The notes under the pieces are model-generated. The model made no database searches. It was given only the letters and a program-made list of their open reading frames with translations, and was not told where the DNA came from. From Nemertoderma westbladi (lineage: Eukaryota > Animalia > Xenacoelomorpha), in contig JAUCBJ010008495.1 of the NCBI GenBank assembly GCA_032718475.1, forward strand, positions 1-61,360: a stretch of DNA of 61,360 nt. The letters run 5' to 3'. This document shows, one piece after another, positions 1 through 11,800 of the stretch; the stretch's first letter is position 1; every line of letters starts with the position of its first letter. Both the position numbers and the translations under genes were made by a program.

Positions 1-1546
1 GCAACCCTTACAATTTAGTAATAGCACGCTCCTGATCCCCTTTACTTAACAGTAGAGCAGTCTTCGTGTCTTATTGGTTAGGCGGGAACTTATTAGGTTG
101 GCAGAGAAGTATACCAGTATTTGTCTGTTCAACAGTTCTGCTGTTAGTATAGAGGTCGCGGTTGTTTATCACATACTGTAGGCCTACTAAACTCCACCTC
201 GGGGCTGTGGATACATCACACTTTGGACGGAACAACAACAACCTTATTCATCAGCTTCTCATCATCTCATGGACACATCCAGCTTCTCAGTGTTGGCTAG
301 TTTGGTACTGGTATGGATGAGGGAAGTGTGGTGGGGCATTGTTGCGAGTTAGTGCCGGTGATGCGTTCTACAATTATTACACTATGATGTACACTATAAT
401 GTGTTTATGTTTCCTAATGAAATAATCTTTATCCATGAATATAATATTGTTTCTTAGATACAGTACTAATTAAAAAGCTCAACTAAGTATAATCGTAATC
501 AAGTTTATTTAACAGCGTCCCCCCCCCCCCCCCACCCCCCATTTATTTTTCAAAAGTTGTTGCTTAAATGAAAAAATCCACAAATTCACCAATGATAAAC
601 TCATCGATAAAGTATTTAGCAATACGATTCAATTGAAATGTTTAACATCTTAAAAAATAATTTAACGAAATTTATTTAAAATGGAAGCAGAATGTGCTGA
701 ATAATTCAACAATTTATCGCCCAATAAAATTATTGTTCAAAACAGAGTCAGCAAACGTGAACTCAGCGAATAAAAAAGATTGTCTGAGGTTTAAAAAAAA
801 ATAGACTTGCTCATTTAGTAGGGGCCTAATCTGTATGTATTTACTTTTTTAATTTATAAAACGTAAATGGCCGTCTGTATTCAGTAGACTTAAACAAATA
901 AATATATTACCGTACCAGATGTCTGAAGACACCTCCTAACTACAAGAATGTTAATAATAATGCAGTTTTTGTTTTGGCACCATAAGTTAATTCATTAATA
1001 ACATTACCTAGACTAACTGTATGTTATAATTTGTTGGAAAGTTTTATGCAGTTTTAGTTGTAAACTTTTAGTTAATATTGTAAATATTTTTGTCCGATTT
1101 CAATCTGTTTAATATATGGCAAAATAAACTCAAAGTAGCTGACACTAACTAACTATGTAAGAAAGAGTGCTGCAGTAAATTTAAAAACATCAGTAAAAAT
1201 AATAGTAAATTATTATTAAAACGCAAATAGCATAAAATTAGCAAAAACCTTTAATTAACCGGAAACAATTAATAAGCAATATATTAGTCCCATTATTTCT
1301 ATGAAAATGATTCATAATAAAGATGAAGTAATTAAATTTGTACACGTTAATTCAATACAATAATTAAAAAATTGAATAACTAAATATTAACTAACTATAG
1401 TACACCATAAAACACAAATTGTATGATATAACGAAGCTTGATTAATTGTTTATTTATTAATTAAACAAAACACACTATTATTGCATTTACATTTTCGACT
1501 TGTCATCAAATTAGACTTTATTATTTCCACCAACTTTAACTTTTAT

Positions 1547-2941
1547 CTAAGGTAGAGGAATTGCTGGATAAATTTCGAGTCGTTCAACTAAATGTCCACA
1601 ATTAATTTCTTTCAGAGCGTCGCAAAAGATCACAAAGTCTCTATAAGGTCGTTTCGTTATTAATTCAATAAGTTTATTGTTTCTTTTAAAAGAAGTTTCG
1701 CCTTTTTCAATTGTTTCTGCATCATAATCAGTGATAACGGAGTTGCTTAGCAAATATTTGAGAAGTTCCTTTATGTTTTGTGGTAAATTATTGGCCAGTA
1801 AGATTTGCTCTGATGTCAGTTTGTTTTGAACTGTATCATCAATAATACTATTAACTAACGTCTGCATCTCTTCCCTTAACGGACCCACCCTCCCAATGTA
1901 TTTCCCTATTTCTTCCCATTTTTTGGCTCCTTTTATCTTTTCATTTACTTCACCTACATTAATATGATTTTTCTGATCTTTTTGGTTTATATTAATTTTT
2001 ATAATAGTTCCCTTCCAGTAACCAGCCAGGAGGTAAATTCCTTCTGGATGGAAGTTAATAGATTGGAACGGGTTCCCTTCCCTTCCAGGCTGTCCCATCA
2101 ACTCCATTGTTTCCCTCCCGTTTTCTCCATCTAATATCGTTATAGAATTTGTATTGTAAACGGGTAGAACCACAATCCTCCCACCCCGAGGTTCCCATTC
2201 TGCCCTCCATGCCGACTCGCTTTGTTTCCATAATTCCTCACCGGTTATAAAGGAAATACATTTAATGAAATCGTAACCCACTATTAAAAGTTTACTCCCA
2301 TCCGCATTAAGCGCGACTGAAAATACTTCATCGCCTCCTTCTATAATAAACTTTAAGAGATTCCCTTCGAGGTCCCAAAGTTTAACTGTTTTATCGTCAG
2401 AACAGCTGACTAACTCGTCACCGTTGGTATTGAATAAAAGGTCGTTTACTGCATCAGTATGAGCGACCCAAGTTTTATGAGTAAATAAAGAATTACCTGA
2501 TGAGGTACCGGTAGGTTCGATGGTAATTAGGGACAATGTACCGTCGTTACAACCAGTCGCCAACACGTTGCGATCCGATGGAGAGAATGTGACGGCATAC
2601 CGGTTCCGATCTGTTTCTGTGGACTCCGATATCGCACAGAGTTCATTGTGAGCGACGTGGTACAATAGTTCCCGACTCGCCGCGTCCCAGATATTCACTC
2701 CGCCGCCGTCCCGACTGTCGATAGTTCCCGCGATCTTCTTGGAGTCGCACGATATCGCACAACGGAATAGTCGCCTCCTATCCTCGTCTTGGTAACGGCC
2801 GGTGATTCCGAGGTTCGCTGCGTCGCAGATAACCGCGCCCTCGGTACCGGCGTACAGGAATTTGTTTCCATCCGGGAAGTATTTCAGTTCGCCTAGGAAT
2901 GTAGTATCTTCTTCTGTTGGATTTGTTAGAGAAGCTGCCAT
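1547..2941 (-). CDS. WD40-repeat protein with a C-terminal CARD (death-fold) domain
   Basis: 464-aa ORF. WD40 motifs include AHTDAVNDLLFNTNGDELVSCSDDKTVKLWD and GGGVNIWDAAS. The last ~85 aa (ELLKYLLSNSVITDYDAETIE...NKLIELITKRPYRDFVIFCDALKEINCGHLVERLE) fit the CARD helix pattern. Confidence 0.8.
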   Translation of the reverse strand: MAASLTNPTEEDTTFLGELKYFPDGNKFLYAGTEGAVICDAANLGITGRYQDEDRRRLFRCAISCDSKKIAGTIDSRDGGGVNIWDAASRELLYHVAHNELCAISESTETDRNRYAVTFSPSDRNVLATGCNDGTLSLITIEPTGTSSGNSLFTHKTWVAHTDAVNDLLFNTNGDELVSCSDDKTVKLWDLEGNLLKFIIEGGDEVFSVALNADGSKLLIVGYDFIKCISFITGEELWKQSESAWRAEWEPRGGRIVVLPVYNTNSITILDGENGRETMELMGQPGREGNPFQSINFHPEGIYLLAGYWKGTIIKININQKDQKNHINVGEVNEKIKGAKKWEEIGKYIGRVGPLREEMQTLVNSIIDDTVQNKLTSEQILLANNLPQNIKELLKYLLSNSVITDYDAETIEKGETSFKRNNKLIELITKRPYRDFVIFCDALKEINCGHLVERLEIYPAIPLP

Positions 2942-3194
2942 TATTGTGTATCTGATCCAGTTAATGCGGCATAATACTGAAGTACAGTTAGTTTGTTACT
3001 TTAGATCGTTGGCTATGCTTTAGATGCACAGTAGATAACGATATAATAATATTCCATGGCAGAACACAGCTCCACCCTCCCACCCCCCAAATTTTGAGCA
3101 GTAAGGTTTAAATTTTAAACACATTTTACATAAAAAACTTTTTCATTTGTTTCTCGTTTTTTGCGACACTCAAAATGCTACGACTCCGTCATTT

Positions 3195-3445
3195 TTTAAC
3201 CAAATTGTTTGAAATTTTCAGTGAATTTTCTTGACATATTGATCAATAAAACATTGTAGATAGAATTTTTGAAATTTTGAGTGTAAGTTATGTTTTGGAT
3301 TTGGACCGATAATTTGAAAAAATAAATAATTGATTTTTTAGTTAAATTACACTTCTGATCAAAATTTCAAAATTTTGTCTTTAATGTTTTACTGATCAAT
3401 ATTTCTAGACCATTGTCTGAAAATTTCAAACAATTTGATAACGAA
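3195..3445. mobile_element. Palindromic MITE-like element
   Basis: Arm aaattgtttgaaattttcag (~3202) is the reverse complement of ctgaaaatttcaaacaattt (~3417), with further inner complementarity (atattgatca/tgatcaatat, tttgaaattttga/tcaaaatttcaaa). Confidence 0.55.
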
Positions 3446-4317
3446 GGATAACGTAACATTTAGACTGAAAAAATAAAAATTTAAATACAATTTGTTGTAA
3501 AGTTAAATTTTCTCATTGAAAATCATCATAACAACTAACTAAAATTAAATACATACAGGTGGATAAGTAAGAGTAGAATATTATACAATATTTATAGAAT
3601 TCATATTATAGAAGAGTCGAATTTTATGGGAAAGTCTTAAGGAAGCATACATCTCAGTAAATGGTACATTTTAATGTTTTTCATTAAACTTTACATAAAC
3701 GCCGGGTTCCCAATTGTTCTGTCCATTCCGCATTTCAAAGTTGTGGAGTCACGCCAGGAAGTTATCTCACAGTAGTGTATGCCGGTTGATATGGAATAGG
3801 TTAAGAATGTTCCGCCGGGTTCATTATGTCAAGTACAATACATATTATTTCGTTAACCAGACCCACTACAGTATTGGGGTGTGCCTCATTGATCTCACAA
3901 GCTTGACTCCTGGCTAAAGATGACACAATCAGTGAAAAAAGTTAAGTTAACACATAATAATTGTTTTTCCTCCTCAAAGATTTGAGAGCCATTAGTACGA
4001 AACCTTGTTCGCTTAATTTATTGAAATTTATCTGAAACGGATGGTCGGGGTCGCGGTCGGCACACCGTTTGGGGCCCCCTAGAGTAACACGTGTCAATCA
4101 TTTCATAGCTACCGCTGTGACTCATCTTCATTGCCGCCGGCCCACTAATGATGACACTTGACTGTAACCAATGGAATATCCGTTATTACTAGTTCATAGT
4201 AGTTGTTAGATCTTGGAACAATTTCAGACCTTCCGCGTAGAGTACAAGGCGAATTCTGCAACTGGCATTGCGACATCCCGCTAAGCCATGGGGTTACGCA
4301 ATGATTGCCTTATACGC

Positions 4318-4362
4318 ATATAATAAACTACCTTCTTTAAATATACATCATCCATTCATTCA
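4318..4362 (+). promoter_or_regulatory. Candidate TATA + initiator core promoter of the FAM124-family gene
   Basis: atataataaa at ~4318 is followed ~35 nt later by tcattc (Inr-like). AP-1-like tgactca (~4118) and C/EBP-like ttacgcaa (~4293) lie upstream. Confidence 0.3.
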
Positions 4363-4494
4363 CACCGCAGTGCCAAAAATCATTATCAATTGAAAAGCTC
4401 ATTTAAGTAATGAAGTTTTAAATTCTACATTGTATTTTTTATATAGTTGCTCATTTTCAATTTGAATATTACTTTGAAAAGCAAATATTTTACC

Positions 4495-5520
4495 ATGTCG
4501 GTGAGAGATTTGGAAGAGTGTGACTTCCAACGGGAGGCTTCGTTAGACCCCTATAACTGCACGCTGTTGCTGACGTCCTCCAATGGGCAGTCGCATTTTC
4601 TCCGAGCCCTATTCCACCCATTGTTGCAGTGGATAGACCCAGCATTCAGACTGATTAGTATCGACGACAACGTAACAATACCCAGCGGTGTTATAGCCGG
4701 TGTGCGGCGGTGTCAAACACCTGTCAACGTCAACGCCGGGGGTATGGGAATAAACACGCCCTCATTGGCTGTCATGTTGTTCCTACACGAGAACGGTTGT
4801 CTCCCCTGCAAAACCGCCCAACAGTTACTCTCCGTGAGGCCATGGACATTCCACCATAAGATCGCGCTTACAACAGCGAGAGGTAACCCCCAGACAGTTG
4901 CCCGCCAAGACTTTTATATGGCGACGCAGGAAGCCCCATTATGGGCAGTCTGTCCTATTCACTATGGCAACGAACACCTAAGGTTCACTGTGTTCGTGCG
5001 CGACATGGGGGCGATGATCGATTTTTACCGGAATCTCTCGGGTCGCGAGATGGAAGCCTCCAGACCCGGTTTCTGTTTATTTACTCTTTATACTCAACCT
5101 GGACTGGATATTCAACTCGCCTTAAAGCAAAGTCCGAGTCTTAACCCTTACCCAATGAAAACATGTTTCCTTAGCTTCCTGGTCGACGATTTAGGGAGTC
5201 TATGCCGGTTGCTAGGCACCAAGCCGTTGGAGGTCTCCCACAAGGAGTATGCGTTGTGGGATCCGGATGGTAACCTGGTCCTCGTCAAGGACACCTCGGA
5301 TCGGGCGGGGGCGGCGAACGCGGGCTGTGACGTCAGCACACGAACTCGGGGCGCCGACGAGGACAGCGGACTCGGGACAATGCGGGACGGGGACACTCTC
5401 AGCGGCCAATCAACGCGTTCCCTTAGTAACAACTCGCATGGAACTTACTCAACCAGGTCTAACACTCCTAATCAAAGTGATAATCCCCATCGTATTACCC
5501 ATCATATGTGGCAATTGTAA
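4495..5520 (+). CDS. FAM124: FAM124-family protein
   Basis: Motifs PWTFHHKI, QDFY..LWAV..HYGNEHLRFTVF, FCLFTLY and DIQLALK match FAM124A/B. The likely start is ACC-ATG at 4495 rather than the TTG at 4447. Confidence 0.8.
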   Translation: MSVRDLEECDFQREASLDPYNCTLLLTSSNGQSHFLRALFHPLLQWIDPAFRLISIDDNVTIPSGVIAGVRRCQTPVNVNAGGMGINTPSLAVMLFLHENGCLPCKTAQQLLSVRPWTFHHKIALTTARGNPQTVARQDFYMATQEAPLWAVCPIHYGNEHLRFTVFVRDMGAMIDFYRNLSGREMEASRPGFCLFTLYTQPGLDIQLALKQSPSLNPYPMKTCFLSFLVDDLGSLCRLLGTKPLEVSHKEYALWDPDGNLVLVKDTSDRAGAANAGCDVSTRTRGADEDSGLGTMRDGDTLSGQSTRSLSNNSHGTYSTRSNTPNQSDNPHRITHHMWQL

Positions 5521-6166
5521 ATACTAATTACTTTACGCAATCATGAGAAACTATACTAGCTATGGGTATTTAGCTTGTATCTTTTCTTTTTCTAAAAATA
5601 AAACAGTTAGTGTATTTCAACATCATTGCAGTTATTATAATAATTTAATAAATGCTGTCTGTAGGCCTGGATTTGCCGCGCAAGAATATATTTGAAATGT
5701 ATATGAAATGGGGGATGGAAGGCAAAGTATAGAACAGATGTAAAATATTTCATTACGTAGGTAATTCTTACAGTTATGCTGAAGGCTTCATTATGGTCCG
5801 AAATGTTTTTTCATTCCAATTAGGCCTACGCCGTTTTCATTCAAATTTAAATTAGTTGTTGCATTAGTGACATAAAGTACTTCCAACAGGTTGGCTAAAA
5901 ACCTTTTACACTTAAAACAATTTTAAAAATTTTTCTTAAAAAGTTTTCTCACTAAAATTGGTAGAAAACAGTGTAAGAAAGCAGTACTGTTCTTTTTCTT
6001 CAAGGGTAATAGCGGTCTAGCCTGCGCTGTATTATTCAAGATAAGAAAGTAAAACAGCAAATTAAACAAGCGCGAAATCGCGCAAAGGTCCGCGTCTACT
6101 AACGCATGAAATATCTCCTTGAATGGCTTACTACTACTAATCATCTTACAACAACAAAAAACATTC

Positions 6167-6239
6167 ACCGGAATGGGGGATTGAACTCGGCACCTAGAGA
6201 TCCCAAGTCACACAGTCTACCAACTTAGCTACAAGGGCC
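6167..6239 (-). mobile_element. tRNA-derived SINE head / tRNA pseudogene
   Basis: Minus strand reads gcccttgTAGCTAAGTTGGtaga...GAGTTCAATCCccc, giving Pol III A and B boxes. The acceptor stem does not pair. Confidence 0.55.
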
Positions 6240-6729
6240 GTATCAATCCCTAATACCAAAACCTAAACAGGAAATTAACAACAACCCCAACAACAACGGA
6301 GTGAATACTAGAGGTCTCGCTACGCGGACGTAAGAAATAACAAACAACTTGAACACACATGTACAATTACCGAACTGTATGTACTGTACAACACAAAAAT
6401 AGCATTAAAAAAATGACACATTCCCTATTATTCATCAGAGTTGGAGCGGTAGCTATGGTACTGTATTATGGAATATGATGTTAAAATAATAAAAAAAACT
6501 AATAGCGGAATAGCACATACTAAGGCTGTGTATGTCTGGTTATAATATGGCTAACGACTTTGCATCGCTTCTAAGCTTACATACACGCATACGTTACGTG
6601 AACGCACCTATATTCTAGAACGCAAATGAAAGCGAGTAATACTAGAATCGCTTTTACCCTTACATACACATACACCCCCACCCACACATACAAATTAATT
6701 AATATTCGAGTAGTACCAACACATCACAG

Positions 6730-6922
6730 TAAGGGTGAAGAATAACTGCGGTGTAACTGGTGCAATTTCGTCGGAGACACCTTTTTCAAACGCTTTTAGC
6801 TAAAGAATGAAAGCGAAAATAAAAATTCTGGCTCACCCAGCAAGGAGGAGGGAGGTGAAACTATCTCTGTTTCAAATTTCATGCAATCTCATTACGATTT
6901 GACAAATTTGGGGGGGGGGGGT
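6730..6922 (+). repeat. Dispersed repeat, copy A (inverted copy at ~8500-8722)
   Basis: tttttcaaacgct...agctaaagaatgaaagcgaaaataaaa...ctggctcacccag...gggaggtgaaactatctctgtttcaaatttcatgcaatctcattacgatttg followed by poly-G recurs in reverse complement at ~8500-8722. Confidence 0.8.
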
Positions 6923-8499
6923 CATGTACCTGAATAAAGAAATAAAAGATAAAATGGAAAACATAATCACGTAAATTAAAACTGACACGGATAGCAATGC
7001 AAAGGCCAAGGACAAATATTACAAGGTACAATGGATGGGGGGAGCCATAATTTAACTATTCATAAAAACGTGTGATTACTTAAACACAGGAGCGCGTAGG
7101 CAAGGGGGGGGGGGGATACAGGTATTCATTCAATTAATTAGTTTGGCGTAGTCGGCTAAGGATTGGGGATGGGGAAGCCCTGTGACTGGGATGGGAAGTG
7201 CTTCCATATGCAATTGCTAACAAGCTGTAACTCTACAATATTCAATCCAGAACATAGTACAATATAAAAGGAGAGACATTGTAAATTGAAGGTGAGTTGA
7301 GCCTATATACAATAGAAGGGCTTCCCCCTCAAAATGATAACACAAAGCAATATATAACTGTAGTATTATTTTTTCTGTGGCATGCATCCTTATGAATGTA
7401 CTCAATAGTATTGTAACTGGCTGACTGGTCTTGTTAATAACATTCTTTAAAACTAATTATGTACCTTTGTGGCGAGTATCTAAATTAATCATTTTAGTCA
7501 CTTATTTTTGAATTTGATTATATATTAAATCTGTTTCCAAGTTATAACAATTTCCATTTAGGGAATCCTATTGAAATTACTATTACTATGTATAATGAAA
7601 GGTCGATTATCTCCAAATATATTTTTGGGGAAAAACTTCAAAACCCGGAAGACTACTTCTGCAATTTTTGAGCAACTTGTCTGAAAATTTATGTGGGTGT
7701 CTACAAACAAAGCAACCCTGTATATATGTGTTGCCCCATTCCATCCTTAAACTATCATATAAAAACACTTTCATGTGATGAAATTTATAACTGTAAAAGC
7801 CTTAGGGTTTTAAGCGCAACCAAGTTTTTTTTCATTGTTAACAGTATTAACTCATATTAAATAGCGAAAAATAAAATTTTTCTGAGCTAGTCATGTAGAA
7901 TAGCATCTTAGCTACTTATATTCAAAATTATAACCAAAACCAAACAATTTTGAAACGTAAGAGTGATAAATCGAAGAGTTATCCAAAAATGGATGCAGAG
8001 AATTCATTTTCGTACGAATCCCGTATTTTACATTTCTTTGCAAGGCTTTTACTCACTCAGTTCTAAGTAGGCGAATCCAAAAAATACTGTTCCTTATCAA
8101 CTGTTTCCCACATAATAATTGTTTGATTAAAAAACAAGCAATTTTCTATTTCAAAGGGTGATGTAACATTTATATGCAATTAAAACTCAGAATTCTGTGC
8201 AAATGTCCTGTGCTTTACTTACAGTTGAATGTGCCTACATTTTAAAAATATTTCAGTAAGAAATTTCAGTTTGTCAGTACGCGGAAATGTGCTACTTTTC
8301 ACACGATGACAAGAGAAAGTAAATAGTGAATTTATAAATAATGTACGCAACTACTGTGTTTATAACCTTTTCTGTTCCCTAAAACATTTTTCACTCGCAT
8401 TCGCTCCTTAGTGTAAATATTCCCACTCGTGAAGGTGTGAAATACAGTGCTACTTTATGTACACCATGCCGCGGACGGAATATGGTGACGTAATTCAGT

Positions 8500-8722
8500 G
8501 ACACGACCCCCACCCCCCCCCCCCCCCCCCCCCCCACCAATTTCCATACAAATCGTAATGAGATTGCATGAAATTTGAAACAGAGATAGTTTCACCTCCC
8601 GACCACTGACTGGGTGAGCCAGAAGTTTTATTTTCGCTTTCATTCTTTAGCTACAAGCGTTTGAAAAAATGTATATTCGTCGATATTCATTGTACTAATC
8701 GTGCTGCAGTTATTCCTTAACC
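8500..8722 (-). repeat. Dispersed repeat, copy B (inverted relative to 6730-6922)
   Basis: caaatcgtaatgagattgcatgaaatttgaaacagagatagtttcacctccc...ctgggtgagccagaa...ttttattttcgctttcattctttagct is the reverse complement of copy A. Confidence 0.8.
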
Positions 8723-8840
8723 TAAAGCTGGGCGTGCAAGACTCCAAATATGTAAAAACATTTGAATTCGGTTGGGAAATTTAATTTCTATAGATATTAT
8801 TGAATATAAAATAGAAGATTATATAAAATAACTGTTGTTT

Positions 8841-11800
8841 TCACAAATAAGGTGCCCAGCCAATATACATCTGACTAAGATTAGTAAGGGATGTGGCTTC
8901 TTGGATGAGGTGGTCTACATAGCCCTCGACCGAGAGAGGAAGTCCGCGACTTTTCTTATTAATTTTGAGAATACCTTGCAGTCTAAGATCAATGTCTGAT
9001 ACATGAGTTAACGCTTTCTCATTAGTAATTTCACCAGAATCTGGTGGATCAGTTCGTATCTTACTACGACTCCATTCCACCAATGGGTCGTAGATAAAGG
9101 GTTTAAGAATGCACATTAGCGGTTCGCGTTGGTCCCTCAGTACCTTCATTGTACCTTCGCAGCAAGAACGAAAGACTCCCTCAATACCGGTAGGTCCGAG
9201 TGCGTCTACCATGTTATGGGTCAATCGGAAGGGGACCTTCTCCGGCCATTCAAAGGTCTCGCCCTTGTTGAAAAGGCAATTGAAATCCACATGAACCGTG
9301 TCACCCGTCTTAGAGTCAAATAGAACATTCTCACCATGGCGATCCCCTAGACCTAATATATATCCAACCATAGACATTACCGCCAACGTTCTAGCGTAGG
9401 AAAGTCTGGCTGAGTACCACACAGTTGGGTCAGGGAAAGTGCGCAAGAACCATTCCCAGAATATAGGCTTGTACCTGGGCAACATTCTATCTGTGAAGAT
9501 AGTTAACTTATCCTGCTCTGAGTGTTCCTTCCTGGCCATTAATAATTTGAGTTCCTTGACAGGAATTCCTTGGCTCTTCTCTCGATAGAGTTTGGTTAGG
9601 ATGTGACGGAGACTGCTTGTATTGGTGACCCATTCGAGGAGACCACACTCCTCATTGAGGGGCACCACAGCATACGTGCGAATATGTAGCCATCGTCGCC
9701 GAGTCTCAACCCCCTTTCGGAGGAACTTATTAACTATATCATTAAAGTCCATTAACCGAGAGTCCTTCCTTAGATCATCCTTCGGTTTACACATCATAGT
9801 ATAGTTCTGCCCATCAGTACCGCGGATTGTTATCTTTTTTGGTTTCTGCAGTGAGTTTAAAACCTCAATCTCCTCCTCGAAACCAGCAATACAAATGTAT
9901 CTATTAGGGAATGGTTGGTGATTAATATGCGAAACATGTTTACCAGGCAGGGTAACACTCAGCATTGACTGTAACGGCACTAATATTTTGCTAAATGATG
10001 GGCTGTTAAACATTTTAGCCAAGGTTTTAAAGTTTCCACTAACCGTTAAAGAAGAGTGACTATCAACTGGTTTATTACATATTTCCAGTAGCTTATCCAC
10101 TAAATGAGTTGTATGAGTCAAAGCTTTTTGAAGTCCTGGGTCTTTACGAATAGCGAGGTTGAACATTTCTTGACAACGCGAACTTCTGATAGGATAAGTT
10201 GATTTTGAAACAGCAATTGACAACCAGAGGGCTTGCTGTGGAAAGGCGACTACAAGTCGGGATAAGATGTCCAACAGATTTCTTATAATTTCTCTGTTGG
10301 AGTGGCAAATTCGTGAAATTAGTTGGGAGTAAGATGTAAAAAATTGATACATTGGTAGTTTGTTAAATAGATCAGCAACTTCCTTATTCATTGCAGTTAA
10401 GACAACAACATCTCTTTCAATTGCAGCTCTATCTTTCCTCGCAGCATCTCGGGCACCAAACTCTAGCCACAAATGAAGCAACCTAGGCATGCTTTGGTAA
10501 ATATATTGACTCCCATACTGCAACGATGCTCCATAAAATTTAACACAATGAAGCACACTATTGGCATCCATTTTATCAACCCTATCACTGGAAACAGCTG
10601 AAATTACTCTATCACTGAATTTGGCAGTTGCAAAAAAGCCATCTTCCCAAAGTGGACATATTTCAGTAACTTCTTTATACTTCTTCATTATTGCATTGCT
10701 ATCATAACGCGCTGTATCCTCCATAAGCGAACCTAGGAACAATACAGCCTTTGCATGGGTCCTCTCTATAGCATTATCAGAGGTCACGTTTTGGAACTGT
10801 TCTGAGATATCTTTCTGTAAAGTCATCAAAGCTTGATGTTTCTCTCCTTTCGCAAACATCCATTTTGCTCGTTCAAGGCAAAAATCTGGGATATCATGAT
10901 CAGAGCCATGTAACAGAGAAGAGAACGCCGTAGAAATATGATCAGCTTTGCGAGCTTTTTTTGCACTCTTTAGCCATAAGGACCCTATAACAGTATTAGT
11001 ATACGGTGTCTGGGAAAGACTCAATATAACACGCCTTAAATTCAGTACTGGTTCCACATATCGGAATGAATCCTGCATATTACCTAATCGATTCTTCCAG
11101 TCCTCAACTACGCTATTTATAGACCCCTTTGATATTGCCCCGAGACCTGTTTCAAGTTCTGAAAGCATATGCAGTTGAACAATGTTTTCATAAGCACGTT
11201 GATATGAACAGACTTCCATGCTGGCCGCAGAGAGCAAACCTATTTGCTGTTTTCGAGCGATTTTCAGCTCTTGTAGGTAATCTGCCTCCTTGTTATTCAT
11301 TGCATGTGATATAATTCTACCAATACTTGTCGAAAAGGTTGGTGGGGATGTTACATCTCGTTGGAGGTATGTTTCCAAATCATTCCAGGAAGACAACTTC
11401 CACGAAGCCTCAATTCCAAAACAATTTAGTTCTTGTGTCCAGTCTGGATGTTTCTCAATTAACCCAGAAACATATGTCATTGCTTGCGTCATTTGACACA
11501 ACCATAACAACGATGAAAGAAGACCCTTATGGTGTTCAATATTATCTGGTTCCATCTGAATAGAACGTTCATAACAAATCGATGAATCACATAACTGTCC
11601 TTTACTATCATAATCAAGTATTTTATTACCCAATGATGGCTCTCCGGTTCTACATGCTGATACACCTATAACTCCATCTGGCTCATCTAACTTAACATAG
11701 AGCTTCTGAATAAATCCAAGGTCCAAACTATCACTATTGTGGCAACCACGTATATGTAGTTCGTAGTGCATTAATGACCTTGTATATGCTTGGCAATCGT

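Noticed and set aside
1-370. Possible decayed LINE 3' end on the minus strand
   Set aside because: The texture looks coding-like, but there is no motif I can name with confidence.
4447-4494. TTG-initiated N-terminal extension of FAM124
   Set aside because: Eukaryotic gene with a good ACC-ATG at 4495; the extension is AT-rich and UTR-like.
6167-6239. Functional tRNA-Pro(TGG)
   Set aside because: The acceptor and T stems do not pair.
7490-7724. Mariner-type MITE ending ...aaccctg-TA
   Set aside because: Only a right-end-like motif; no matching left TIR was found.
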